Part shown: piece by piece, positions 16,186 to 24,449 of the stretch | How the letters are laid out: each line of letters begins with the position of its first letter | Position numbering within the stretch: position 1 is the first letter of the stretch | Source of the DNA: an uncultured Alphaproteobacteria bacterium | Lineage (GTDB): Bacteria; Pseudomonadota; Alphaproteobacteria; HIMB59; GCA-002718135 | DNA length: 64,000 nt | Assembly (NCBI GenBank): GCA_902580765.1 | Contig: CACHLW010000004.1 | Coordinates: 19,888 to 83,887, forward strand | Reading direction: 5' to 3' | The notes under the pieces: model-generated | Database searches by the model: none | Told to the model about the DNA's origin: nothing | The model's input: only the letters and a program-made list of their open reading frames with translations | Made by a program: the position numbers and the translations under genes

Positions 16186-17321
16186 TTTTTATCTCCTAAA
16201 ATTTGCATTAGAATTGCAAGCTCATTAAAACCAGTCCACTCTTTAATAATTTTATTATTTTTAATTTCCCATTGAGTGATTCCCCACAAATAGACTTCTC
16301 TATTAGTTGGTTGGCCATATGAGCCATTACCTTTATGAGTTCCTACAGCACCCCAACGAACCGATACCAAGTAACCATCTTTTGTATTTCCCATCCAGTA
16401 TAAATCTTCAATACTGAGTGCAAGATCAGGAAATGAAGCTAAAAGTGATATTATAAATTTTCTTAATTGCAAAACTCCTTTAAATTTACGACCAGTTGAA
16501 CCTTCAAATTCTACATTACTAGAGTATGCTTTATTTATTGCAGAAAAGTTTCGTCTATTCCAAATTGTATCATAAACTGCATGAACAAACTCTCTTACAT
16601 TTTTGATTTTATCTGGAATATCAAAACTAATTGGTTTTAATTTAGTAATATTTCTTGTTGGCTTAGAGTTTTTAAAATGGGGAGCATAAGGCCCTGCAAT
16701 TCCCTCATCAACAAGTTGCTTGGCAACTTGATTTAAATCTAATCCGAGTTGTTTAATTAATCCTGCTGTATCGTAAACAACATTTTCGTAATAAATTTCA
16801 TTATTTTTTGCTACACAATTTGCAATACAAAATAATCTTACTTTTTTACCAGTTGGTTTAGAAAATTTGCTAAATCCCGTATTTGTTCCGGTAATAATTG
16901 TTCTATGAGAAGTATGAAAACTTGCATTTTCATCCCCTGCCCAAATAACTTCATCTGCAAATAATCGAATATCTGGAAAGGCGTTATTTGTGTGTACAGT
17001 ATCAGCTACTATTTTTTCAGATCCGGATTGTAAACCAAATTCATCCCAAACTCTGCAGTCTTTACTGTAGGTGTCATAGATATAACCAATATTTTTTTCT
17101 TCCCATATTTGATACGTAATCCTTACAATATAATCAATTATATTTTTATACTGATCCTCAAACCCCTTCATTGATTGATGTTTAAGTTTTTTTGGTTTTG
17201 GATTTAATGATTTAGCTGTTCCTCCACCCCCATATGCTTTTAATGAAATATCATAACTCTTAGGCATATGATGATCTTGAAGGGCTTGTGGTCTTTTATC
17301 TGTAATTTTATTTAATTTCAT
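16182..17321 (-). CDS. Fused double NTF2/SnoaL-like protein, type A (copy 1)
   Basis: It aligns by eye along its length with the 19566-20558 protein (IVRITYQIWE/ILKITYQIWE; DEVIWAGD/EDVIWTGN; PTGKK/ATGKK; VRWGAVGTH/VRWSMVGKH). The first 50 codons have no counterpart in the paralog, so an alternative start at 17171 is possible. Confidence 0.7.
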   Translation of the reverse strand: MKLNKITDKRPQALQDHHMPKSYDISLKAYGGGGTAKSLNPKPKKLKHQSMKGFEDQYKNIIDYIVRITYQIWEEKNIGYIYDTYSKDCRVWDEFGLQSGSEKIVADTVHTNNAFPDIRLFADEVIWAGDENASFHTSHRTIITGTNTGFSKFSKPTGKKVRLFCIANCVAKNNEIYYENVVYDTAGLIKQLGLDLNQVAKQLVDEGIAGPYAPHFKNSKPTRNITKLKPISFDIPDKIKNVREFVHAVYDTIWNRRNFSAINKAYSSNVEFEGSTGRKFKGVLQLRKFIISLLASFPDLALSIEDLYWMGNTKDGYLVSVRWGAVGTHKGNGSYGQPTNREVYLWGITQWEIKNNKIIKEWTGFNELAILMQILGDKK

Positions 17322-17374
17322 AATTAGTATTTGTAATGAGATACATTTAAAAATATTTCAAAGCAATGAAATTT

Positions 17375-17392
17375 TATTCAAAAAAATGAATA
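17375..17392. promoter_or_regulatory. Inverted repeat TATTCA-N6-TGAATA (copy 2)
   Basis: TATTCAAAAAAATGAATA in the divergent intergenic region between the type A1 and type B1 genes. Confidence 0.5.
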
Positions 17393-17428
17393 TTGTCTTT
17401 TTTAGTTTATTAATATAATCAAAATGAA

Positions 17429-18433
17429 ATGACTGATCTCCAAGCAGAAAAAAAATTAGTATTAGATTATTTCAATGAAATAGATAGTTGCAACATTGAT
17501 TCATTATCTGAAGTTATATCTAAATACACATCAGAAGATTTTACTATGAAATGCACACATCCATTCAACGAACTAGGTAGTATAGATCTTGTTGCTAATA
17601 ATCTTTGGAAGCCAATTAAAGATTCATTTTCACCTATACAACGTCGATTAGATATATTTTATGCTGGGATAAATTCATTAGATAAAAATCAAGGGAAATG
17701 GATCTCCAGTATGGGTCATTTCATGGGTGTTTTCAATAAACCGTTTGTAGGCCTTAAACCAAATTATAAATCTATTTTATTGAGATTTGCTGAATTTTAT
17801 AAAGTGGAGAATAATAAAATTACTGAAGGAGCAATTTTTTTAGATGTAATGAATTTAATGCAGCAACTAGGTCTTTCTATAATTCCTGAATCTACAGGTC
17901 TCGTTTGTGTAACACCAGGACCAATGAATCATAAAGGTTTAAAATTTGATATTTCTAATGAAAGTGAAAGTCAAAAAACATTGGATTTAATTCATAGAAT
18001 GCGCGATCGACTTGTTAAAGAATCCAAAATGCAATCTTATAAAGAAGAATTAGAATTAGATTGGCATAATGACATGATTTGGTGGGGACCAGGAGGTATA
18101 GGGGCTTCATATACTATTGATGGTTATCAAAAAGGTCACACAAAACCATTTCAAGATGGTTTAGAGTTTGTTCGCTTCAATGGACACATACTTAGTAGCT
18201 CTGAAGATGATCTTGGAGGTTGGTTTGGTTGGCCAAATTTAATTATGAAACCTAAGGGAGAATATTTAGGATTAACAAATGCAAGTGATATTGAATCAGA
18301 AATGAGAGTTGTAGATTTATATCGAAGAGATGGAGATAAACTGGCTGAAAACTGGATCTTTATTGATCATTTACATTTTTTAAAAAAACTAGGAGTTGAT
18401 CTTTTAGAAAGAGCAAAATTTTTAAATCAGTAA
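17429..18433 (+). CDS. Fused double NTF2/SnoaL-like protein, type B (copy 1)
   Basis: 334 aa. It is a paralog of the 21633-22730 protein (WHNDMIWWGPGGIG / WHPKMMWYGPSGIG; LGLSI / IGIDI C-terminal helices). Confidence 0.7.
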   Translation: MTDLQAEKKLVLDYFNEIDSCNIDSLSEVISKYTSEDFTMKCTHPFNELGSIDLVANNLWKPIKDSFSPIQRRLDIFYAGINSLDKNQGKWISSMGHFMGVFNKPFVGLKPNYKSILLRFAEFYKVENNKITEGAIFLDVMNLMQQLGLSIIPESTGLVCVTPGPMNHKGLKFDISNESESQKTLDLIHRMRDRLVKESKMQSYKEELELDWHNDMIWWGPGGIGASYTIDGYQKGHTKPFQDGLEFVRFNGHILSSSEDDLGGWFGWPNLIMKPKGEYLGLTNASDIESEMRVVDLYRRDGDKLAENWIFIDHLHFLKKLGVDLLERAKFLNQ

Positions 18434-19561
18434 TTAGATAACTTTTGATGCAAGTTTAGTACCCTCAACTAATGCATGAAGCTTTTCATAACAAATTTTT
18501 TCATCGATTTTTCCAAAACCAGCAAATGTACTAAAACCACAATCTGTCCCTGCCATTAATTGATCTTTTGGAATGACTGTAGAAAACTGAATTAATCTAT
18601 CTGCAACAACTTCTGGATGTTCAACAAAATTAGAGGTTGAGTCGATTACCCCAGGTACTAAGACTTTATCTTTTGGTAACTTTATATCTTGAAAAACTTT
18701 CCATTCATGTGCGTGCCTAGGATTAGAAGATTCAATGAGAAAGTATTTTACCTTTGATTTCAAAATTATAGGTAATATTTTCTCTAGAGCAATATCGTGT
18801 GTGTGGGGTCCTTCATAATTGCCCCAACATATATGCATTCTAGTTTGTTCAACATCTACATTAGATAATGCTGAGTTTAGGCATTCAATTTGTAGTTCTG
18901 CACGTTTAATAAACTCATCTTCAGATAAATTTTTAAAATTCATATGTCTTGCTAAAGCAAGGTCTGGGCAATCTAATTGAACTTGGATATCTGATTTTGT
19001 TATTAGCTCATATTCTTTAGCCATAATATTAGATAATTTATCCAAATATTCATCTTCGGTACTATAAAATTTATTTGGCATAAAAACATTTATGACGCCA
19101 GGTGATGCTGAGTTCATAAATGCATGTCGGTGATTAAGTTTATCAAGTGAATTTTTAAAATTATTTATATCCTGTAGAAGAGACGTTTCATCTTTTACTT
19201 TTAATTCGTTTGTACAACATGGTCTGGTATAAGTTGGCGTGCCACCACTTTTAGCAATCTTTTCTTTGTATTCTGGAAAATCATCAAGATCAGCAGGTGC
19301 TCTTCTTTCGCTTTCACCTGAGAACCCATCAATTCTGTCTTTAATATATGTAGCGTAGCTAATTTTACTCATCTCCCCATCACTGACAAAATCAATTCCA
19401 ACATCAAGTTGACTCTTAACAACACTTTCCACGTTATTTTTTAATACTTCATCAAAACTACTTTGACTAAATTTCTCTCCTTTATCTTTTGCAAATAAAA
19501 ATTCTGAAAGTTCTTTTGATCTAGGAAGGCTTCCAACATGTGTTGTTAAAATATTAGACAT
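18434..19561 (-). CDS. MetE-fold (cobalamin-independent methionine synthase II family, catalytic domain only) protein
   Basis: MSNILTTHVGSLPRS, FVSDGEMSK, MHICWGNYEGPH and AGTDCGFS (zinc-ligand positions), 375 aa. Confidence 0.75.
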   Translation of the reverse strand: MSNILTTHVGSLPRSKELSEFLFAKDKGEKFSQSSFDEVLKNNVESVVKSQLDVGIDFVSDGEMSKISYATYIKDRIDGFSGESERRAPADLDDFPEYKEKIAKSGGTPTYTRPCCTNELKVKDETSLLQDINNFKNSLDKLNHRHAFMNSASPGVINVFMPNKFYSTEDEYLDKLSNIMAKEYELITKSDIQVQLDCPDLALARHMNFKNLSEDEFIKRAELQIECLNSALSNVDVEQTRMHICWGNYEGPHTHDIALEKILPIILKSKVKYFLIESSNPRHAHEWKVFQDIKLPKDKVLVPGVIDSTSNFVEHPEVVADRLIQFSTVIPKDQLMAGTDCGFSTFAGFGKIDEKICYEKLHALVEGTKLASKVI

Positions 19562-19565
19562 TAAA

Positions 19566-20558
19566 TTAACCTGTTTTTAATAAAATCTGTTTCCAGATCA
19601 TAGTTTCATCATAGAGAACCCATTCATTTTTAATACCTCTTTCTCCAAATTCAACATGATTAATACCCATTATATAAATTTTCGAATTAGAGGCTTTCCC
19701 GAAAAGACCATCCTCTTCATGTTTACCTACCATAGACCATCGAACTGAAGCTTTTTTAGGTTCATATTTTTCTTCTGTAAAAGCAATGTGCTCAACTGAG
19801 AACAATGCGTTAGGAAAAGCATCTCTTAATTGTTTCCAAAATTTTATTACCTCATCTCTACCATAGTGAGTATTTCCCCCTGGTTGAAATTGCTGTATAG
19901 CTCTGTCATAACTATCATTTATTGTTTTCTCTAAATTGATGTTCATAATAGAGGTTAAGATATTTGCATATAATTCTCCAATGTTACCAGATGCTAAAAT
20001 AGGAGATTTATAAATTGATTTAACAGGTGTATTTTCATCAAAAGGTTTACTAGCTTTTTCATGACCACCCTCATCTTTAATAAGATTGCTTGCAAATTTC
20101 TTGGGGTCAATTCCAATTTGTCTCACAATTGCTCCTTGATCTCTCACAAGCCACTCATCATAAACTTGATTATTCATGCATGCACAATCAGCGATAGTTC
20201 GGTAATATAGTTTTTTTCCTGTTGCTTTCCCATACATCCCATCAACAGAATGAGTAGAGGTTGATAAAATGCGATGCGATGAAAAATATCCCTCATCATC
20301 ATTTCCTGTCCAAATTACATCTTCACCTAAAAGTGTTCTATCGGGAAATAGTTTTTTACTAGCATAGGTATTTTCAATTACTGGGTCTGCACCATAAATT
20401 ACTCCAGATGGAGATCTTGTAGGTGTGGGGAGGCTTACATTTGGAGTATCAGCATAATAATCTCTTATTGCTTCAACATCGTTTTTTTCCCAAATTTGAT
20501 ATGTAATCTTTAAAATATAATCAGGAAAATCTTTGAATTGTGCATCAAATCCTTTCAT
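19566..20558 (-). CDS. Fused double NTF2/SnoaL-like protein, type A (copy 2)
   Basis: 330 aa paralog of 16182-17321 (see that entry). Confidence 0.7.
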   Translation of the reverse strand: MKGFDAQFKDFPDYILKITYQIWEKNDVEAIRDYYADTPNVSLPTPTRSPSGVIYGADPVIENTYASKKLFPDRTLLGEDVIWTGNDDEGYFSSHRILSTSTHSVDGMYGKATGKKLYYRTIADCACMNNQVYDEWLVRDQGAIVRQIGIDPKKFASNLIKDEGGHEKASKPFDENTPVKSIYKSPILASGNIGELYANILTSIMNINLEKTINDSYDRAIQQFQPGGNTHYGRDEVIKFWKQLRDAFPNALFSVEHIAFTEEKYEPKKASVRWSMVGKHEEDGLFGKASNSKIYIMGINHVEFGERGIKNEWVLYDETMIWKQILLKTG

Positions 20559-20569
20559 ATAATTAATTT

Positions 20570-21541
20570 TTAATTAGTTTGTCGTATTATAAATAAATTA
20601 CCATCATGATCACTTATCTGTCTTATTGAACGAAGTGAATTTTTGGGAACAGAAAAAGTATCTTTTTCTTTAATTACAACTTTGTCTCCATCACAATCTA
20701 TTTCCCATTCACCAGATAAACAATGATACACTTCTGATTTCTCCAGCTTGTATTCATGTATATGAGCACTCTTGCCGTTGAGAAGTGAAAGGCTAAAACC
20801 TGTTGCATGTGGTATTTTAGGAGCAAAAGATTTATCATGAATTTTAAACTGATCAATGTAGTTGATAATTTTATTGGATTGATAGTGGTCATCATCGACA
20901 AAATATTTATCTTTATCATTAAATCGAATAACAAACTTTTCTATGTCTTCTGAAGAGTAATGATCGAAATTCTCTAATTCATTATCTTCTAGTGGCTGAA
21001 TAATTTTAGTTTCATCTGTTATTTTCTGTTTCTCTGTGTCGATTAAAGAATTATCATTCATTAATACCATGCCAGATTCTTTTGCATCTTTTAAAAGTTT
21101 AGGTGTCCAAGTAATAACACCTGGATCATTTTCACCTAACACAACAAACATTAAAGCTTCTTCATCACTTACATTTTGAAAACCTCTGAACATGTTTGTG
21201 GGAAAAGAAGCGATGTCACCTTTATTTAGTATTACTTCTCCTTCAGTGCCATCAACACCCCAATAAAAACGCCAGGCACCTGAGTGAATTATAAAAACTT
21301 CTGCTGTTGTGTGACTATGTAATCCAGAACCATTCATCGGCGCAGCACTAACAGCACCAATATTAAAGCCATGTTCTTCAGCTATTTTAACATTTTGTTT
21401 AGCATCTTCACTTACACCAGGTCCTATAACTGAATAATTTTTCCTATCTTGATGACCTTTTAGTTTTCCCTCAACAAATGGTATATTACTAGGAATAAGT
21501 TCATCGAATTTTGCTAATCTAGATGTAATATTAATTGACAT
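20570..21541 (-). CDS. Bicupin protein (N-terminal metal-binding cupin)
   Basis: GSGLHSHTTAEVFIIHSG fits the cupin motif G-x5-H-x-H-x3,4-E-x6-G. A second beta-barrel-like half (HIHEYKLEKSEVYHCLSGEW) is less canonical. Confidence 0.65.
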   Translation of the reverse strand: MSINITSRLAKFDELIPSNIPFVEGKLKGHQDRKNYSVIGPGVSEDAKQNVKIAEEHGFNIGAVSAAPMNGSGLHSHTTAEVFIIHSGAWRFYWGVDGTEGEVILNKGDIASFPTNMFRGFQNVSDEEALMFVVLGENDPGVITWTPKLLKDAKESGMVLMNDNSLIDTEKQKITDETKIIQPLEDNELENFDHYSSEDIEKFVIRFNDKDKYFVDDDHYQSNKIINYIDQFKIHDKSFAPKIPHATGFSLSLLNGKSAHIHEYKLEKSEVYHCLSGEWEIDCDGDKVVIKEKDTFSVPKNSLRSIRQISDHDGNLFIIRQTN

Positions 21542-21556
21542 ATTGTAATGATCTTT

Positions 21557-21575
21557 TATTCATTTTTTTTGAATA
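21557..21575. promoter_or_regulatory. Inverted repeat TATTCA-N7-TGAATA (copy 3)
   Basis: TATTCATTTTTTTTGAATA, 15 nt upstream of the bicupin ATG. Confidence 0.45.
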
Positions 21576-21576
21576 T

Positions 21577-21594
21577 TATTCAAAATAATGAATA
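21577..21594. promoter_or_regulatory. Inverted repeat TATTCA-N6-TGAATA (copy 4)
   Basis: TATTCAAAATAATGAATA, adjacent to copy 3 and 38 nt upstream of the type B2 ATG. Confidence 0.5.
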
Positions 21595-21632
21595 AATCAA
21601 TTATTATTTAACAATAGTTTTATTAAATTATT

Positions 21633-22730
21633 ATGGCAAATAAAATACAAAACTTTGATACAGGTGAGAAAGATAACTCAAACATAATTCATTTAGATCT
21701 TGATCCAAAGATAAATATTGAAAACAAAATATATTTTAAAAATTTATTAAAAAAAATTGCCGAGTGCTCTTTAGATAATTTAGAAGAAAATCTTGAAAAT
21801 TTATATCACGTAGATGCTGAGTTTAATGGATTTCATCCAATTAATGAAATTAAAGGTATTGAAGAAATAAAAAATAAATATTTAATACCTCTAAAGAAGG
21901 CATTCCCCGACCTCGAAAGAAGAAATAATCTAGTTATTGGAGGATCATTTAGAGATAAAGTTTTTGTTTCATTTATTAGTCATTTAACTGGAACTTTTAA
22001 AAATGAGTGGTTGGGCGTAAAGCCGACTAACAAAACAATTTATCTTAGAACATGTGAAGCACATCAGATTACAAATAATAAAATAATAAAATCCTATACA
22101 TTAATTGATACTGTAGATTTTATCCGTCAGGCTGGATATTGGCCTATAAATAAATCTCTTGGGGTAGAAGGGATGTGGCCTAGTCCAATCACAGGTGATG
22201 GAGAAAATAATCAAAATTTAGATAAGGAACTGTCTCTTCAATCTTTGAATCAAGATTTAACCATGCAAAGAAGTTTAAATATTAAACCTGAGACTGAGGA
22301 AGGTCTATCAAAAGATCAAATAAGGGAGAAATTAATTAATCATCCTCAACAAGATTATTGGCACCCAAAAATGATGTGGTATGGGCCAAGTGGTATAGGT
22401 ACAGCTAGAGGTTTAGATGGTTTTGTTGATCATCATCAGCTCCCATTTAGACTTACATTCAAGGACAGAGATTATTGGAAAATCGGTCATTATATTGAAA
22501 TTGGAGATGGAAATTATTCTATGACTGGTGGTTGGCATAGTATTCAATGTGTTCATGGATCAAGTGATTGGCTAGGATATGAACCTACTCAAAAAAAAAT
22601 AACAATGAGAGTCATGGATTTTTATTTACATCACGAAGGGTTAATTAGAGAAAATTGGGTACCAATCGATATAGCACACATATTAGATCAAATAGGCATT
22701 GATATCTTTAAATTAATTCATAAAAAATAA
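21633..22730 (+). CDS. Fused double NTF2/SnoaL-like protein, type B (copy 2)
   Basis: 365 aa paralog of 17429-18433. Confidence 0.7.
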   Translation: MANKIQNFDTGEKDNSNIIHLDLDPKINIENKIYFKNLLKKIAECSLDNLEENLENLYHVDAEFNGFHPINEIKGIEEIKNKYLIPLKKAFPDLERRNNLVIGGSFRDKVFVSFISHLTGTFKNEWLGVKPTNKTIYLRTCEAHQITNNKIIKSYTLIDTVDFIRQAGYWPINKSLGVEGMWPSPITGDGENNQNLDKELSLQSLNQDLTMQRSLNIKPETEEGLSKDQIREKLINHPQQDYWHPKMMWYGPSGIGTARGLDGFVDHHQLPFRLTFKDRDYWKIGHYIEIGDGNYSMTGGWHSIQCVHGSSDWLGYEPTQKKITMRVMDFYLHHEGLIRENWVPIDIAHILDQIGIDIFKLIHKK

Positions 22731-22732
22731 TT

Positions 22733-24052
22733 ATGGCAATAGAATATTTAAAAAAAGGTTTAGACGAAAAACAAAGAATTGAAGATAATGATAAAGTAAA
22801 AAAAATTGTTGAGGAAACGTTAAGTACAATTGAATCAGAAGGCGATAAACATATTAGAGAGTTATCTCAAAAATTTGATAACTATTCTCCAGATAGTTTT
22901 AGATTAAGTGAAGATCAAATTAATCAATTAATGAATGAAGTCTCTGATGATGACAAAGAAGATATTAAATTTGCTCAAAAACAAGTGCGATCATTTGCAG
23001 AAGCACAACTTAAAACTTTAAGTGAATTAGAAGTAGAAACGCATCCAGGTGTGATACTTGGTCATAAAAATATACCAGTACAAGCAGTAGGATGTTATGT
23101 ACCTGCCGGAAAATTCCCAATGGTAGCTTCTGCTCATATGTCAGTTGTTACTGCCTCTGTTGCTGGGGTTCCAAGAATTGTTGCTACTACCCCACCTTTT
23201 AAAGGTAAGCCAAATCCAGCTGTCGTTACAGCAATGAAAATGGGTGGTGCTCACGAAATTTATGTTTTGGGAGGAATGCAAGGAGTTGGTGCTATGGCTA
23301 TTGGTACAGAAACTATTAAACCTGTAGATATGCTTGTTGGACCTGGCAATGCATTTGTTGCTGAAGCGAAAAGACAATTGTATGGCAAAGTTGGTATCGA
23401 TTTATTTGCTGGTCCAACTGAAACAATGGTAATTGCAGATGAAACTGTTGATGGTGAAATATGTGCAACAGACTTATTAGGACAAGCTGAACATGGATAT
23501 AATTCTCCTGCTGTGATGATAACAAACTCAAGAAAACTTGCAGAAGAAACATTTAAAGAAATTGATAGAATTTTAGAAATTTTACCTACTAAAGAAACAG
23601 CAAGCACAAGCTGGAGAGATTATGGAGAAATAATTTTATGTGATACTTATGAGGAGATGTTATCTAAAGCAAATGAAATAGCTTCAGAGCATGTTCAAGT
23701 TATGACAAAAAAAGATGATTGGTTTTTAGAAAATATGACATCTTATGGTGCTCTATTTTTGGGCGCTAGAACTAATGTTGCTAATGGTGATAAAGTTATA
23801 GGCACTAACCATACTCTTCCTACTAAAAAAGCTGGTAGATATACTGGTGGTTTGTGGGTTGGTAAGTTCATTAAAACCCATACTTATCAAAAGATTATGA
23901 CAGATGAAGCTGCAACTCTCATCGGAGAATATGGATCTAGACTTTCACATTTAGAAGGTTTTATAGGTCATGCAGAACAATGTAATGTGAGAGTAAGACG
24001 ATATGGAAAAAAAAATGTTGGATATGGAAAACCAGCAGGAGAAAAAATTTAG
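22733..24052 (+). CDS. Histidinol dehydrogenase family protein (HisD paralog; HpsN-like candidate)
   Basis: 439 aa with LLGQAEHG and typical HisD-fold segments (GPGNAFVAEAKR). It lies in a catabolic operon rather than a his operon, 2 nt after the type B2 gene. Confidence 0.75.
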   Translation: MAIEYLKKGLDEKQRIEDNDKVKKIVEETLSTIESEGDKHIRELSQKFDNYSPDSFRLSEDQINQLMNEVSDDDKEDIKFAQKQVRSFAEAQLKTLSELEVETHPGVILGHKNIPVQAVGCYVPAGKFPMVASAHMSVVTASVAGVPRIVATTPPFKGKPNPAVVTAMKMGGAHEIYVLGGMQGVGAMAIGTETIKPVDMLVGPGNAFVAEAKRQLYGKVGIDLFAGPTETMVIADETVDGEICATDLLGQAEHGYNSPAVMITNSRKLAEETFKEIDRILEILPTKETASTSWRDYGEIILCDTYEEMLSKANEIASEHVQVMTKKDDWFLENMTSYGALFLGARTNVANGDKVIGTNHTLPTKKAGRYTGGLWVGKFIKTHTYQKIMTDEAATLIGEYGSRLSHLEGFIGHAEQCNVRVRRYGKKNVGYGKPAGEKI

Positions 24053-24053
24053 C

Positions 24054-24449
24054 TTATTTTAATTCCCCTTTAACTCTCATTTCATTTCTAATTTTTGTTG
24101 CCGAGATATCATGTATTTCTTTTCCTAAATCATGTTCTGTAAATGAATAACCAACTCCTCTTCCATAAGAAATATCAATAATGTTTGGAACCTTAACAAC
24201 TACATATTCTTTGCCATCAGTAAAACCATGTTGAGCTAAACCTTCATTAATTTTTGCTTTTACTTCTTCAAATTGAAATGGATTGTCAGCTTGACCTTCT
24301 ACACCTGCATCTACACCTCCCACGTCACGATACATAATACATACCTGACCTGTTTTCTGAAGTGCTCTTTTAAATAATTCTGTATGTCCGTCATGCCATG
24401 GTTGCCATCTACCTAACATTTGTACTGTTGGTTTTTTCCAATCAAACAT
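24054..24449 (-). CDS. Small cytidylyltransferase-like (HxGH nucleotidyltransferase) protein
   Basis: 131 aa. GRWQPWHDGH matches the G-x-F-x-P-x-H-x-G-H signature of the nucleotidylyl-transferase superfamily. It overlaps the upstream kinase gene by 8 nt. Confidence 0.55.
   Translation of the reverse strand: MFDWKKPTVQMLGRWQPWHDGHTELFKRALQKTGQVCIMYRDVGGVDAGVEGQADNPFQFEEVKAKINEGLAQHGFTDGKEYVVVKVPNIIDISYGRGVGYSFTEHDLGKEIHDISATKIRNEMRVKGELK

Noticed and set aside
18434-19561. Annotating the two MetE-fold genes as metE (methionine synthase)
   Set aside because: Both have only the C-terminal catalytic-type domain (about 350-375 aa versus about 750 aa for MetE). They sit inside catabolic operons without leaders, so I used a family-level call only.
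23141-23607. Three overlapping minus-strand ORFs (78, 115 and 78 aa)
   Set aside because: They are antisense within the HisD-family CDS and their translations are low-complexity.
9964-24052. Calling the LacI-regulated island a mobile genomic island
   Set aside because: I saw no integrase, transposase, flanking tRNA or direct repeats. The composition of most genes looks like that of the neighbours. An insertion between pta and xsc remains only a hypothesis.
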